Shown here: one piece after another, positions 31,856-43,200 of the stretch
How the letters are laid out: every line of letters starts with the position of its first letter
Position numbering within the stretch: position 1 is the first letter of the stretch
From: Wickerhamiella versatilis
Lineage: Eukaryota
Direction of reading: 5' to 3'
Length of the DNA: 64,000 bases
Assembly: GCA_030867685.1 (NCBI GenBank)
Contig: JAQOWU010000008.1
Location: 3,410,001 to 3,474,000 of the forward strand
Program-made: the position numbers and the translations under genes
The notes under the pieces: generated by a model
The model's input: only the letters and a program-made list of their open reading frames with translations
What the model was told of the DNA's origin: nothing
Database searches by the model: none

Positions 31856-32932
31856 ATGAGCTCTGTGTTAAACGAGAATCTAGAATCGTCCCCAATTCGC
31901 TCTTGGAAACCCGCGCAAACTATTAGATGCGAAATAAATGACCCTGACAGCTCATCAGATGAAGAAGAAGTACCGGCTCAAGCGTCCTTTTACCCATCGC
32001 AAGCACTGACCCACCAACTTCCACGTTTGAAACCCAATGCATGCGTTTTTGTGGGCTGTATGCCCACGACGTTCCAGGATGAGGAGCTCGCGCACATACT
32101 AAGCAATATATTTGCTCCTTTTGGTCCTGTCATGTCTCTAAAGCTACTAAGAGATCGCCAGAATCGACCGTATTCATTTGTACAACTGCTCACCCAACAA
32201 AATGCACAAAGGGCTATCTCTCAACTCAACAGGTACGATATAGGGACGAGACAAATACTCTGCGAACCAGCGCGAGTGAATCGCACCCTCCACATAGAAG
32301 GAAAGAGCCTTGATGTGGGACAACTTTTTGAATTCGCCGAGCAATTTGGTGAGATCGAACAGGCAGAGACGGAGGATGAAGCAAATTGTTCGGTTATGTA
32401 CGAATATCGTGAAGATGCAGTACGCGCGTATCATGAAATGAGCCAATTAGAAGAGCTACGAGTCCAGTGGATTCGAAACATTGAACCTTGTACGGCCTCA
32501 AATGAGACTATTTTTATTGGTGGACTGCCCCTATCTACTAGTCTGGAAGACCTAGAAACTCTGTTAGGGCGGCATGGCCGTCTGGTGTGGTGTGATATCA
32601 GGCATATGGACGTTACGAGCGATTCTGTGTACGCTATTGTCTGTCTAGCATCTAAAGCCACAGCTGCAAGTATAATCGAGTGTATGAATCATACATATTT
32701 TAGAGGAAGGGTTATAAAGGTGCAGAAAGCGAATCGTCAACTTGGCAGTGGTCAAGCTCCTTCAGTTCCTCGACTGCCAGTCGGCAATATACAAGTGGAA
32801 TCTGCTCCTAGAACTTCTACTTACCGAAAAATCCATACAAAGATTTCCCCATTGCCACATGGAATGGGTGGGTTACCTTCAAGTGAAGGGTCCAGGACCC
32901 GGGCTTTACGTCGAAGTGGCGAGAAGGAGTAG
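31856..32932 (+). CDS. RIM4: Triple-RRM meiotic RNA-binding protein, Rim4-like
   Basis: KPNACVFVG..LLRDRQNRPYSFVQ..CEPARVNRTL matches Rim4 RRM1 as recalled; two further RRMs. Confidence 0.75.
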   Translation: MSSVLNENLESSPIRSWKPAQTIRCEINDPDSSSDEEEVPAQASFYPSQALTHQLPRLKPNACVFVGCMPTTFQDEELAHILSNIFAPFGPVMSLKLLRDRQNRPYSFVQLLTQQNAQRAISQLNRYDIGTRQILCEPARVNRTLHIEGKSLDVGQLFEFAEQFGEIEQAETEDEANCSVMYEYREDAVRAYHEMSQLEELRVQWIRNIEPCTASNETIFIGGLPLSTSLEDLETLLGRHGRLVWCDIRHMDVTSDSVYAIVCLASKATAASIIECMNHTYFRGRVIKVQKANRQLGSGQAPSVPRLPVGNIQVESAPRTSTYRKIHTKISPLPHGMGGLPSSEGSRTRALRRSGEKE

Positions 32933-33119
32933 CTAAATATAACGAATTTCAGAATGTTGTTGAAAAAAAAGATAAATTCTTTTTGCGTTTTCTAAAAGTT
33001 CTAGAATGGTAATTAGGGTATATGAAATAGTATCTATTTATCTAGCAACTGTTCCTGTCTTCTATCTCATTACATAATAACACACCCCGCGAATTGGGTT
33101 CTGCGCCCTTCCTAGCACC

Positions 33120-34601
33120 ATGAGCCATACGGTAGGGAGATTATCCGGATGGGGTCATCGCTTGCGCCGTAAATCTAGAGATTCTGACCGCAGTAGTGAT
33201 GAAGGCGCAAATCCTGAGGGACAGGAACAGACACCGCATACTAATATGTTTCTTGACGACCACCTTCCCTCTGAGTACTTCCATCAAGATGTGCTAAAGC
33301 TAATACACGAGCTACGCATTCCTGGATGGGCACGAGTGGATTTGCAGATGGCAGAGGACATCGAAATCGATCGTATAAGCGGAGCACTCACGAACGCAGT
33401 TTATCGAGTCAATGCTCCTCATTACATCAAGGAGCAAGTAAAACGTCAATACGCGGGTAAACCATATCATCACAGATTACCGGTGGGGTTACTTTTGCGG
33501 GTCTACGGCCCCCAGGTGGATCGTCTGATCGACCGTCAGCGAGAATTGAAAACAGTCGAAATATTGACGAGACTTGGTATTGGACCCCGACTACTAGGGA
33601 CCTTTACTAACGGTAGGTTTGAACAGTACCTCAATGCAAAAGCATTAACCCGTCTGGAATTACGGGATCCTGAAATGTCTCTTTTGATAGCACGTCGTAT
33701 GCGGGACCTTCATGACAACGTACCCCTATCACCTGAGCAACGCAATGGTGGGACTTTTATTTGGGGTAACATTGTAAATTGGGGTAAAATTGCCATCGAG
33801 CAGATTTCTAAGCTCGAGCGTCAGACCCCGGGTATAACCTTGCGACTGTTTGGGACAGAAGATCCGAACAAGTTTTTTCGAGCACTACAGGCATACAGAA
33901 ACTGGCTAGATGAGAAATGGCCTCGTATGCAAGCCCCGGAAGAGCTTGTATTCTGCCATAATGATACGCAATACGGAAATATACTGCGCTTCGAACCACC
34001 CCGAGGGTCACCTTTACTTATACCTCAGAACCAACATCGCCAGATTGTGGTCATTGACTTTGAATACTCAGGGCCAAATGCTCGTGCAGTAGACATTGTG
34101 AACCACTTCTGCGAATGGATGGGTGATTATCATCACCCAACCATGTCGTATCACATTTGGAGGGATAGATATCCCACCATAGAGGAGCAGCAACGGTTTA
34201 TAGACACATATGTTGAGCACGGATCGCCAGATTTTAATGACGAGGCTATGGAGGCTGAAGCTGCGATGCTTATGGCCCAAGCACGCGACTGTCGACCCGC
34301 GGTCAGTGCCTGCTGGGGGCTTTGGGGAATAGTCCAGACGCCAGAAAAGGATGACCAAGAAGCAAGAGATTTGTATCTTCATGACAATAAGGAATATGAA
34401 TTGCTGGATGCATCTGGCGCTTTTGCAGATGGCCTTGCGGACCAAGGGCAAGGTCAGGCACAAGTGCGAGCACAGGAACAAGAGCAAGAGCAGGAGCAGG
34501 GGCAAGAGGAGGAGGATGTGTTTGATTATGTTCAGTACTCTGCAGAGAAGATACAGCTTTTCTGGGATGATCTCAGAGAACTAGGGGTCAAATTTGAGTA
34601 A
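33120..34601 (+). CDS. CKI1: Choline/ethanolamine kinase
   Basis: ISGALTNAVY, LLRVYG, VFCHNDTQYGN, VIDFEY. Confidence 0.9.
   Translation: MSHTVGRLSGWGHRLRRKSRDSDRSSDEGANPEGQEQTPHTNMFLDDHLPSEYFHQDVLKLIHELRIPGWARVDLQMAEDIEIDRISGALTNAVYRVNAPHYIKEQVKRQYAGKPYHHRLPVGLLLRVYGPQVDRLIDRQRELKTVEILTRLGIGPRLLGTFTNGRFEQYLNAKALTRLELRDPEMSLLIARRMRDLHDNVPLSPEQRNGGTFIWGNIVNWGKIAIEQISKLERQTPGITLRLFGTEDPNKFFRALQAYRNWLDEKWPRMQAPEELVFCHNDTQYGNILRFEPPRGSPLLIPQNQHRQIVVIDFEYSGPNARAVDIVNHFCEWMGDYHHPTMSYHIWRDRYPTIEEQQRFIDTYVEHGSPDFNDEAMEAEAAMLMAQARDCRPAVSACWGLWGIVQTPEKDDQEARDLYLHDNKEYELLDASGAFADGLADQGQGQAQVRAQEQEQEQEQGQEEEDVFDYVQYSAEKIQLFWDDLRELGVKFE
34442..34512 (+). repeat. Degenerate coding hexamer repeat (QG/QA/QE)n
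   Basis: caaggg caaggt caggca ... caagag caggag in CKI1 C-terminus. Confidence 0.6.
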
Positions 34602-34741
34602 ATAGCCAATTCGACGACAAAGCATTATATATATAGGTCATGCTCAATAAACGCAAATAATGCAGAAGAAGCAACCCAGCATTCTTAATGTATGCGCCAT
34701 TTGACATGATAACTCTATTCTAGTCTATTCTATCCCTCCAC

Positions 34742-36049
34742 TTACATCAAAAGCATCTTGCGTGGGTCCTCAATGAGCTCTTTGATGGTACGCAAGTAGG
34801 TCACTGCTTCACGACCATCAAGGATACGGTGGTCATAGGTCAGTGCAAGGTACATCATTGGACGGACCTCAACCTTTCCATTTACTGCCACAGCACGATC
34901 CTTCACGCCGTGAAGGCCCAAAACTGCAGCTTGGGGCATATTGATGATAGGTGTACCGAATAGGGAGCCAAAAACACCGCCATTTGAGATGGTCAAGGTA
35001 CCGCCAGTCATATCTTCAAGAGAAAGCTTACCATCACGTGCCTTAACACCAAGGTTGGAAATCTCCTGTTCTATTTCGACGACACTTAGGGATTCGGCAT
35101 TACGCACGACTGGTGTTACCAATCCCTTAGGGGTGGCCACCGCGATCGAGATATCTGTGTAGTCACGGTAGACCATGTCGGTACCCTCGATGGTGGCATT
35201 TATGGCAGGGATGTCCTTGGCAGCGAGTGTAGCAGCCTTGGAGAACAGTCCCATGAACCCAATCTTGGTACCTGTCTTCTTGATGATTTCGTCCTTGTAG
35301 AGCTTCCTCATCTCTAGCACGCCAGACATGTCAACTTCATTGAAGGTTGTAAGCGAGGCAGCAGTGTTTTGACTCTCCTTCAACCGCTCAGCGATACGGA
35401 GACGCATACGGTTCATTTTAACGATGTTCTCGCCACGAGAGAAGGACTTCCTAGGTGCTTCTTCCGCTGGTGCCGCTGGTTTTGGTGCGGGCTTTGGTGC
35501 GGGCTTTGGTGCAGGCTTAGGAGCTTCTTCAGCAGGCTTTGGTGCCTCCTCCTTCTTTGGTGCGGGCTGCTTAGGAGCTTCGTCCTTCTTGGGCTCCGGT
35601 GCAGCCTCTTCCTTGGGGGCCTCCGTCTTGGCCGCCCCGCCCTCTGGAGCCGAACCAGGCTCAATCTCAAGCAAAGGCTGGTCAACCTCAACGTTATCTT
35701 CGGGCTGCGCAAGAAGCTTGGTGATAGTACCGCTGAAAGGCGCATTAACTGCCACGTCAATCTTGTCTGTTTCTATAGAAGCAATCTCCTCGTCAGCCTG
35801 CACAAAGTCACCAACACCCTTAGTGAATTCACGAAGAGTACCCTCAGTAATCGATTCAGCCATCGCTGGTACCTTCACGACGTCAGCGTAAGTACGCACA
35901 AGCATCGGACCAGCGCTGCGAGGCAACTGGGGCCGGCGAGCAGTGTGTCGCGAGATGGCGCTAAATGCACGCACATTTTTGTATGAGACAGAAGAAATAG
36001 TTCTTCTAGCTAACCGCGTACCCGCCTGACAAGCTGCAACACGAAGCAT
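34742..36049 (-). CDS. KGD2: 2-oxoglutarate dehydrogenase E2
   Basis: Presequence, lipoyl ETDK, PAPK linker repeats, YDHRILDG. Confidence 0.96.
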   Translation of the reverse strand: MLRVAACQAGTRLARRTISSVSYKNVRAFSAISRHTARRPQLPRSAGPMLVRTYADVVKVPAMAESITEGTLREFTKGVGDFVQADEEIASIETDKIDVAVNAPFSGTITKLLAQPEDNVEVDQPLLEIEPGSAPEGGAAKTEAPKEEAAPEPKKDEAPKQPAPKKEEAPKPAEEAPKPAPKPAPKPAPKPAAPAEEAPRKSFSRGENIVKMNRMRLRIAERLKESQNTAASLTTFNEVDMSGVLEMRKLYKDEIIKKTGTKIGFMGLFSKAATLAAKDIPAINATIEGTDMVYRDYTDISIAVATPKGLVTPVVRNAESLSVVEIEQEISNLGVKARDGKLSLEDMTGGTLTISNGGVFGSLFGTPIINMPQAAVLGLHGVKDRAVAVNGKVEVRPMMYLALTYDHRILDGREAVTYLRTIKELIEDPRKMLLM

Positions 36050-36130
36050 GGTTATGGACGGTGATTAATATTCACTGTCGGAGCAAAAGGCGGATTCTAA
36101 TTGGGTCAAAATGACTAATCATTTACTGTG

Positions 36131-36802
36131 ATGTCACCGTTAGTGGACTATTCAGAGGATGAAGACGAAGAACACGAGCCTCTCCCGGCCGTGAGACTAC
36201 CACATATTCTCATCAACCCCTACATAAAAGACGAAGAATACTATAGTGTACATGCCTCGCTTAACTGGGTTCCAGACCTTGAAACTGCTGCAATTCTGCA
36301 ATTAGCAGTGCCAGAAGGATTTCAGTCACTCGTGTATAGTGACTTGAAAGCACCCCGAGCTCTGCATGTTTCCATAACAGATAACGTATCTATCCCTGGA
36401 AAAAGCTGTGGCCAGCTGCTGTCTGAAATGCGCAACCTAAGCAGATCGCTTGGGTTACATGCCCCAAGATTAACTGGTAGGCTTAGCCTTGTTGCTAACT
36501 CCGAGCGTACCTATGAGTTCCTAGCATTAAGATTCACACCCGAACAGGAACAGGATCAGCTTGCGTCGATAATTGAACGCGCTACGCAGATCCTCACCAG
36601 GAGCAATTCCGGCGTTACGGGGCTCAATCCACACATGGCACATATATCCATAGCCCGCAGGCCTTATGTAGGCCACAACAGCGATTACGATAAGATCGAA
36701 AAACTTCAAGACGCAGTTGTGGCCTTTTCGGACCTGCACGTTCGGGTTGGTACTAGCACATATGAATTCCCCATTGATTCACATGAATTACGAGTTAAAT
36801 GA
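36131..36802 (+). CDS. USB1: 2H phosphodiesterase, U6 snRNA 3' processing
   Basis: N-terminal LVDYSEDE and two HxS motifs (LHVS, AHIS). Confidence 0.7.
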   Translation: MSPLVDYSEDEDEEHEPLPAVRLPHILINPYIKDEEYYSVHASLNWVPDLETAAILQLAVPEGFQSLVYSDLKAPRALHVSITDNVSIPGKSCGQLLSEMRNLSRSLGLHAPRLTGRLSLVANSERTYEFLALRFTPEQEQDQLASIIERATQILTRSNSGVTGLNPHMAHISIARRPYVGHNSDYDKIEKLQDAVVAFSDLHVRVGTSTYEFPIDSHELRVK

Positions 36803-36990
36803 AATAAAGATTTTAAAATAAACGTTAGCCAGTCTTGAAATCTCTCACGATAGAGGATCGACCATCGTATTATTTAATCACATTGATGTGGGCCTATAGT
36901 TTACATTATACCTAATCGGGAAAGAGCACGCACCGACATATGTCCCGGGTTTAAAGATTATCACACACATCAACATCTCTCTGAGCGAGA

Positions 36991-38052
36991 ATGTACCGCT
37001 CACCGGGAACGGGTGAGAGACAAGGATTCATGCTCGACCCAGAGCAAATGTCTGAACCTGGCAGTGTGCCATTGCCTCCAAGCGAATTTGATTTCTTCAC
37101 AGACTATCCAGACTACAGCTTACTCGTGGAGCAGAGCTTGTCCTCTATTCAAGATCTCGAAATAGGCTCCGTAATCCCAGAGCCTATGTCGGAGCCTGTC
37201 ATGAGGCCAGCTGATATTAAATTGAATGCAATGCCTGGCCCATCCATGATGCTATCACCGTCACCAGTGAAATTGAGCAATGAGGCACACAGCCCCATGC
37301 TAGCACCTCCGATGTATGATATTCCTAGCAGTCCCCCATCCAGCCCAATGAGACCCCCTATTTCTGAAAATGCACTAGGCATCCATGGAACTCCCCATTT
37401 TTCACCAAGGCCCCCAATGCCTCCAATGCCCATGTTCGAGCTACCCAGCTCATCAGTGGAGGAAAATATGGGTGAGGAGGAAGATGGGGACATGACCCTC
37501 AAACCTGATACTGGCAGCTCCGCAAACACTTCCCCGGAGACGGGTCCTGGTGGTCCCTTCCAGTGGGAGCCAGTAATGGTGGTCAATACCGAGCCTTCGA
37601 GTGAGCAAATCATCAGAGAGCAGCAACAGAATAGCAAGCAACACCGTAAATCATGCTTGCCACCCGGCACAGTAGATGAGTATGTCGAGGGTCCAAATGA
37701 ACAAGGACTTTACTACTGTAAGTACCCATACTGCTACAGACTTTTCCGTCGACGTTATAACCTGCGCTCCCATATTCAAACACATCTCTGTGATAGGCCT
37801 TACAAGTGCCATCATTGTGAAGCAAACTTCGTACGACCACATGACTTGCGCCGTCACGAGCGATGTCACAGCACGTTAAGACCGTTTAAATGTGCATGTG
37901 GCAAAGGATTCACAAGACAAGATGCGCTACAACGCCATCGCCAACGTCAAATATGTTTGGGTGGTACGGGCCCAATTCGCAAAGGCAAGAAGGGCCAAAT
38001 GCAAAAGGCAGAGTTGCACGATACAACACCGTCTCCGAAATTACAAGGTTGA
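36991..38052 (+). CDS. ACE2: Ace2/Swi5-family C2H2 transcription factor
   Basis: LPPGTVDEYV followed by FRRRYNLRSHIQTHL.DRPY, FVRPHDLRRH, CACGKGFTRQDAL. Confidence 0.8.
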   Translation: MYRSPGTGERQGFMLDPEQMSEPGSVPLPPSEFDFFTDYPDYSLLVEQSLSSIQDLEIGSVIPEPMSEPVMRPADIKLNAMPGPSMMLSPSPVKLSNEAHSPMLAPPMYDIPSSPPSSPMRPPISENALGIHGTPHFSPRPPMPPMPMFELPSSSVEENMGEEEDGDMTLKPDTGSSANTSPETGPGGPFQWEPVMVVNTEPSSEQIIREQQQNSKQHRKSCLPPGTVDEYVEGPNEQGLYYCKYPYCYRLFRRRYNLRSHIQTHLCDRPYKCHHCEANFVRPHDLRRHERCHSTLRPFKCACGKGFTRQDALQRHRQRQICLGGTGPIRKGKKGQMQKAELHDTTPSPKLQG

Positions 38053-38124
38053 GCTACGCTTTCGCCAAATTTATATATATATGTATGTATTTTAGTAACT
38101 AACGACATTTTGAGCTATTCGAGC

Positions 38125-38170
38125 CATTTGCTTCGCCACATTTGCTTCACCACGTCATTTGCTTCCCCCC
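38125..38170. repeat. Three near-tandem copies of CATTTGCTTCNCC
   Basis: Copies start at 38125, 38139 and 38156. Confidence 0.8.
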
Positions 38171-38785
38171 ACGCCGCGCCATGCAGCAAGGGTCCATTCT
38201 CCATTGCTTAAATTGTAAAATAAAACCAGTCGCGTAAAAAGTAGAACATGGCATTATTCTAGTCTGAATATCCTAATCACTAATATGGGCCTGTGCAATT
38301 CCTCTGAAAGATGTTGTTATTGAATTTCCCAGATTTGATGGATATCGTTAGCATTGCCCTTACCTCGGAAGATCTTTCCCCACTATTTAGATAACATTAA
38401 AATGTGAAGAAGTGGCTAGATATACAGCTGATATAGCAATTATGACTCTTATAGGCCACTTAGGAAAATTTTCCCCAACACATATATCCGCTTGAAGATG
38501 CTCACATTCATTCTCAGTCGACCCCCAGTTCCGTGTGGCATAAACCTAACCCCAATATAAATGAATGTTTCAGTGTTTAAAGCTTTTACAACAGATCAGA
38601 ATAAATTAATTCAGGAATTTTATTATTAAAATGGTTATTATGATGAATTTCATGTACAGATCTCTTCCAGCCACCTTAATCTTTCTTTGCGCCGTGAATT
38701 AATCAAGCAATATTATGCAAATACCGCAGAGGGAACTCTTTAAATAGGACATACCTTAACTTGCTTACCATCAGCAACATACATC

Positions 38786-40042
38786 ATGGTGGGTCTTGTA
38801 TTCTCTGCCGTCGCGTTATCCTGCGTCTTTGGCGGTCCTTTACTGAAGAGGGATGATAATTCTGTTTTTGATTACGGCAAGGACAAATTGAGGGGCGTAA
38901 ACCTTGGCGGGTGGTTCATTCTTGAGCCGTTTATAAACCCAAGTCTGTTTAACGAAGGTTTCGACTCGTCTAATCTTCCTGTAGATGAATACCATCTAAC
39001 TCAAGCCTGGGGAAAGGACAAGGCGAGTAAGGTGCTTGATTCCCATTGGGACTCCTGGATAAGTGAGGATGATTTTGCTCAGATGAGCAGCTGGGGTCTT
39101 AATGCCGTTCGTATCCCAATTGGCTACTGGGCTCTTGTTCAACGGGACGAAGATCCATACGTGCAAGGACAGCTGAAATATCTTGACCGCGCTCTCGGAT
39201 GGGCTCGCAAGCATAATATTAAGGCATGGATTGACCTGCATGGCGTCCCTGGTTCTCAGAATGGGTTTGACAATTCAGGACAGCGTGATGTTTATGATTG
39301 GCAAAACGAACAGTACCCGCAAAATATCCAGCAAAGCTATCAGGCCCTCGAGAAGATTTCCAATAAATACGCCACTGAGAGCTACTATGATGTTGTGGCT
39401 GGCATTGAGCTTGTGAACGAGCCCCTTGGCACGATTTTGGATATGAACAAGCTTCACGACTACTACAATAAGGGGTATCAAAAGGTGCGCTCCCAAGGTA
39501 TTCAGAATGTCATAATCCATGATGCTTTTAAACCAGCTGGCTATTATGCAGACTGGCTTCAACCCAAAGATGGCTATTGGAATGTGGTACTGGACCACCA
39601 TGAGTACCAGGTCTTCGACATCGGCCAGCTTAAGCTCTCAACCGACGAGCATGTTCAGGCAGCTTGTGAACTTGGACGGAATTTCACAACTGAAACGCTC
39701 AACGGGGTTGTTGGAGAATGGTCTGCGGCTATGACCGATTGTGCACCTCTTCTTAATGGCGTATACAAGGGTGCACGTTACGACGGGACATTTGATGGGA
39801 ATGCTGGTGTGGGATCTTGCGATGGCGTGAATGATGTTAATACTTGGAGTGATGAATCAAAGCAAAATGTGCGCAAGTTTGCCGAAGCTCAAATGGATGC
39901 CTGGGAGCAACGTAGTGGCTGGTTCTATTGGACTTACAAGACTGAAAATACCATAGAGTGGGACCTACATAGCCTTATCAGTCATGGTATTTTCCCTCAG
40001 CCAGTTACAGATCGTCAGTACGGTAATCAATGTGGCTTTTAA
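38786..40042 (+). CDS. EXG1: Secreted exo-1,3-beta-glucanase (GH5)
   Basis: Signal peptide + KR site, GVNLGGW, RIPIGYW, ELVNEP, VGEWS. Confidence 0.92.
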   Translation: MVGLVFSAVALSCVFGGPLLKRDDNSVFDYGKDKLRGVNLGGWFILEPFINPSLFNEGFDSSNLPVDEYHLTQAWGKDKASKVLDSHWDSWISEDDFAQMSSWGLNAVRIPIGYWALVQRDEDPYVQGQLKYLDRALGWARKHNIKAWIDLHGVPGSQNGFDNSGQRDVYDWQNEQYPQNIQQSYQALEKISNKYATESYYDVVAGIELVNEPLGTILDMNKLHDYYNKGYQKVRSQGIQNVIIHDAFKPAGYYADWLQPKDGYWNVVLDHHEYQVFDIGQLKLSTDEHVQAACELGRNFTTETLNGVVGEWSAAMTDCAPLLNGVYKGARYDGTFDGNAGVGSCDGVNDVNTWSDESKQNVRKFAEAQMDAWEQRSGWFYWTYKTENTIEWDLHSLISHGIFPQPVTDRQYGNQCGF

Positions 40043-40257
40043 GCCTACAAAACGTTAGATTTTCTGTTCTTCTGCCCTGTTCGTTAGTCAAAGTCTTTTT
40101 CTGTTTATTAGTTATTCGATTGTATCTTTATCAAATAGATTTATAGTTACAAAGTGGTTTATTATTTTAATTTTCTTTAAATAGAAAATTCTGGGCTTAC
40201 ATTTGACTACTTTTTGAGGATTAGTTGCAAACCAGGCGAACGCCGTTCATAGTACTA

Positions 40258-43200
40258 TCAATAAGGGATACCATTCGTGAGCCGCTGGAACTCATCGTAG
40301 CCCTTAGTGAATGTAGACTCGTAGCTCTTTGCAATTAGATGTCTCATGAACGCTGCAGCCTGAATCTCAGATTTCTGAAGCGCAAATCTTTGTCGTAAAT
40401 GACCTATGGTATCCCCTTTGAAACATGGGAGACCGCTTTCTAACATGGGAGTCACAATCCTGCATATTTCATCAACATATTGGCGTGATGCTAAAAAGGC
40501 CCTGACAGTCAATTCCTCGAAGGCACGATATGCTGGAGCCTGGGGGGACCCACCCATCACTGCAACCATTTCTTTTGTGAGCTTGAAAGGCGCAGCTTCG
40601 AATCTGACTCCTCCAGGTGTAATATCAAAGCAAAAACCAAAGTCTATGTGCTCAACATGCCCTTCTTCATCGTACATAATATTGCCGTTATGCCGATCCT
40701 TGAATTGAAACAGATAGCTGATTAGCGAGTAAGCAGCCATGGATTTCACAAAGTTCATTTGAGCTTTTTGATATGTCAAAGTATCCTCAGGTCCATGCTT
40801 CGAGATAAACCACTCGTGTAGACCGTTAACTGCCTCCCGCCCAAGCATATCACGAGAAATTGAGTCTGGAAGCACATCAATTACACCACACCCTGGGGCT
40901 GTCGCCGTAACTTTATAAGGAAAGAGGTAAACGTCCAATCCATCTGTCTCAAATATACTTCGGAAAACGCTAATTAGCTGAAGAGCGAGGACATCTTGGC
41001 GACAATCATCACCAACTTTGAAAATAGCGGCTTGGCGACGAACTTGATCATGAATATTAAGCTTAAATGAAGCCATAAATGGCGCCTTTGCATGACTTTG
41101 GAGAGGTTTTCCAGATTCCCGATAGATATCAATGACCGTACCGTCCGGGTGCGATGGTAGGTAGACATCATCGGGTACGTCAATTTGAGCCATTTCCTCG
41201 TCGATTTTCATCTTTTTCTCGGCCTTACTTTTCTTGATATAGGGCTTAAGTTTGCCACTGATGGAAGTGACCTCCTCGAAGAAACCAAATTCACGTTCGT
41301 AGTACTCTAGCTCTTGATCGTCAAACTCACCTATGAGCTTCTTCATGACATTATCCAATATTGGTTTTATGGGGTCTGGAATAGTGCCATCATCGTCACG
41401 ATATGAATTAGCCTTCATATTCCAAATGATTTGATGAGCAAACTTTGAAGAGAACTTAGCTGCTTCTAAGATGTACTCAGTGACAAATCCCTCCTTGTCA
41501 TGGCGGAGTAATTGTACAATTTGGGGTACATAAAAGAAGCATTTGGTTATAGGGTGTAGCTGTAATGACCGCATCCCTAATTGAAGGAGAAGGATATCTG
41601 TTCCAGGCGTAAGTAGGCTCAGACAGTCAACTGGAGCTAACTGTGCCCAATATATTACAGCACGAGGAACCTTCTTAACGTTTTCAAGTAGTTTAAGCGC
41701 AGAGGGCTCTCGATAGACATGAATTGGTTGGGCCTGAACCAGTTGACGTAGTGTGGAAATCGCTGGCTCAGAGATGGGCCATTGTGCTAAGTTTACTGCC
41801 ATTAATGGATCGAGCTCCCATGCAGCGCCAATTTCCTCAGGAGATAGAGAAGGTGGTGTGCGGTCATTTAAATTTGAAATGGGCATTAACCAAACTTGCA
41901 AACGATCGATCTCAAGATCAAGAAGTCTCTTAAACAGGGAGTTGTATTTATCTTGTGGGGACGACTCAACTCGTTTTCGCAAAACATTCAGAGACTGTAA
42001 AACATGTCGCTGTCGTCGTGGACTGCTCCCATAAGGCCATTGGGGGGCTTGATGAAACCAAGATAGAGCAGCTTTTATAACAGCATTCTCAAGATCTGTT
42101 CCTCGATGCGGATGGTTCCGAGAAAACTCTCTTATGATATCAAGCAACAGTATCATAAGATCTACTCTTGGCTTTCGCGCCAGTGAGTGCAAACTGACAT
42201 GATTCATCCCTTCAATAGCAACGCGAGCTATTTGGACATAGACGTCAAGAACTTGAGGAGCATTGTAAAGAGATGCCCAAAAGTTACTTTGCAGGAATGC
42301 AATCAAACGCTCATGTGGAATATAAGACGCTAAGCGCGAGTTGCGAGCCGCACTTACCACAGGCTTCGATGAAGGCGCATATTCCATTTCTTTATACATA
42401 GCACTACCCCATACATCAAGACTGCGACTATAAAGACCTTTGTGTCTTTTTATAGAGCGCTCAAAGTGGTCAGCAACAGCCTGTATCATGGGTATACGGT
42501 CAAGGCTATACCACTGGGATATTGCGGACTGCATACTCTTATCAGTAAAAATATCGAAAGCATCTCCAACAATCTTAGCCTGCTCACTAAGGTCTTCTGA
42601 ACCTGAGAGAACCGTGGTGGGACTACGGCCCCATGCAGCAAAATCAAGAGCTAAAGCAGTACCCTGTGGAGGCAGTGAAATTCCCTCTGTGTCATTCATT
42701 ACATCAAGAAGGTAACTTCCAAGTACGGCCCGAAAATCTAAACCAACAATATCATCGACATACTGCATCAAAGATCTAGCATGGCGTTTGAATTCATTGT
42801 GAATTTCCTCTCGCACCTTCACTGAGACAGGGAGTTCTATCTTGACATCAGAACGGGAGCTCTCAAAGACTGAAGGAGGAGAGTAAATGTCTTCTTCAGC
42901 TGCGACCACACTAAGACCTGTCAAAGTAACAAGTTCCAGCAATGCGAACAGCGACTCACGATGGCATAATGCTCCAGGGATTCCAGTTACCAGAGACTCC
43001 GCAATCTCATTTGCAATTCGTCGGACTATCGCAGTTCTGTGGCACATGTATACCAATAATTGCTTCAATTGGGTTGCTATACCAGCAATGCGAAACAACG
43101 GTCCGGATCCAGCACGAGATATATATTTTTTGGTCATTTCGCGGGCTATGTCACGCATGGCGGCAAAGCCATCCCCACTTTGAAATCCTGGATCTTGGAA

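Noticed and set aside
35369-35986. 205-aa and 155-aa ORFs antisense to KGD2
   Set aside because: Shadow frames of the codon-biased, PAPK-repeat linker
38053-38785. Ace2 regulation of neighbouring EXG1
   Set aside because: Only one CCAGC (38667), as expected by chance
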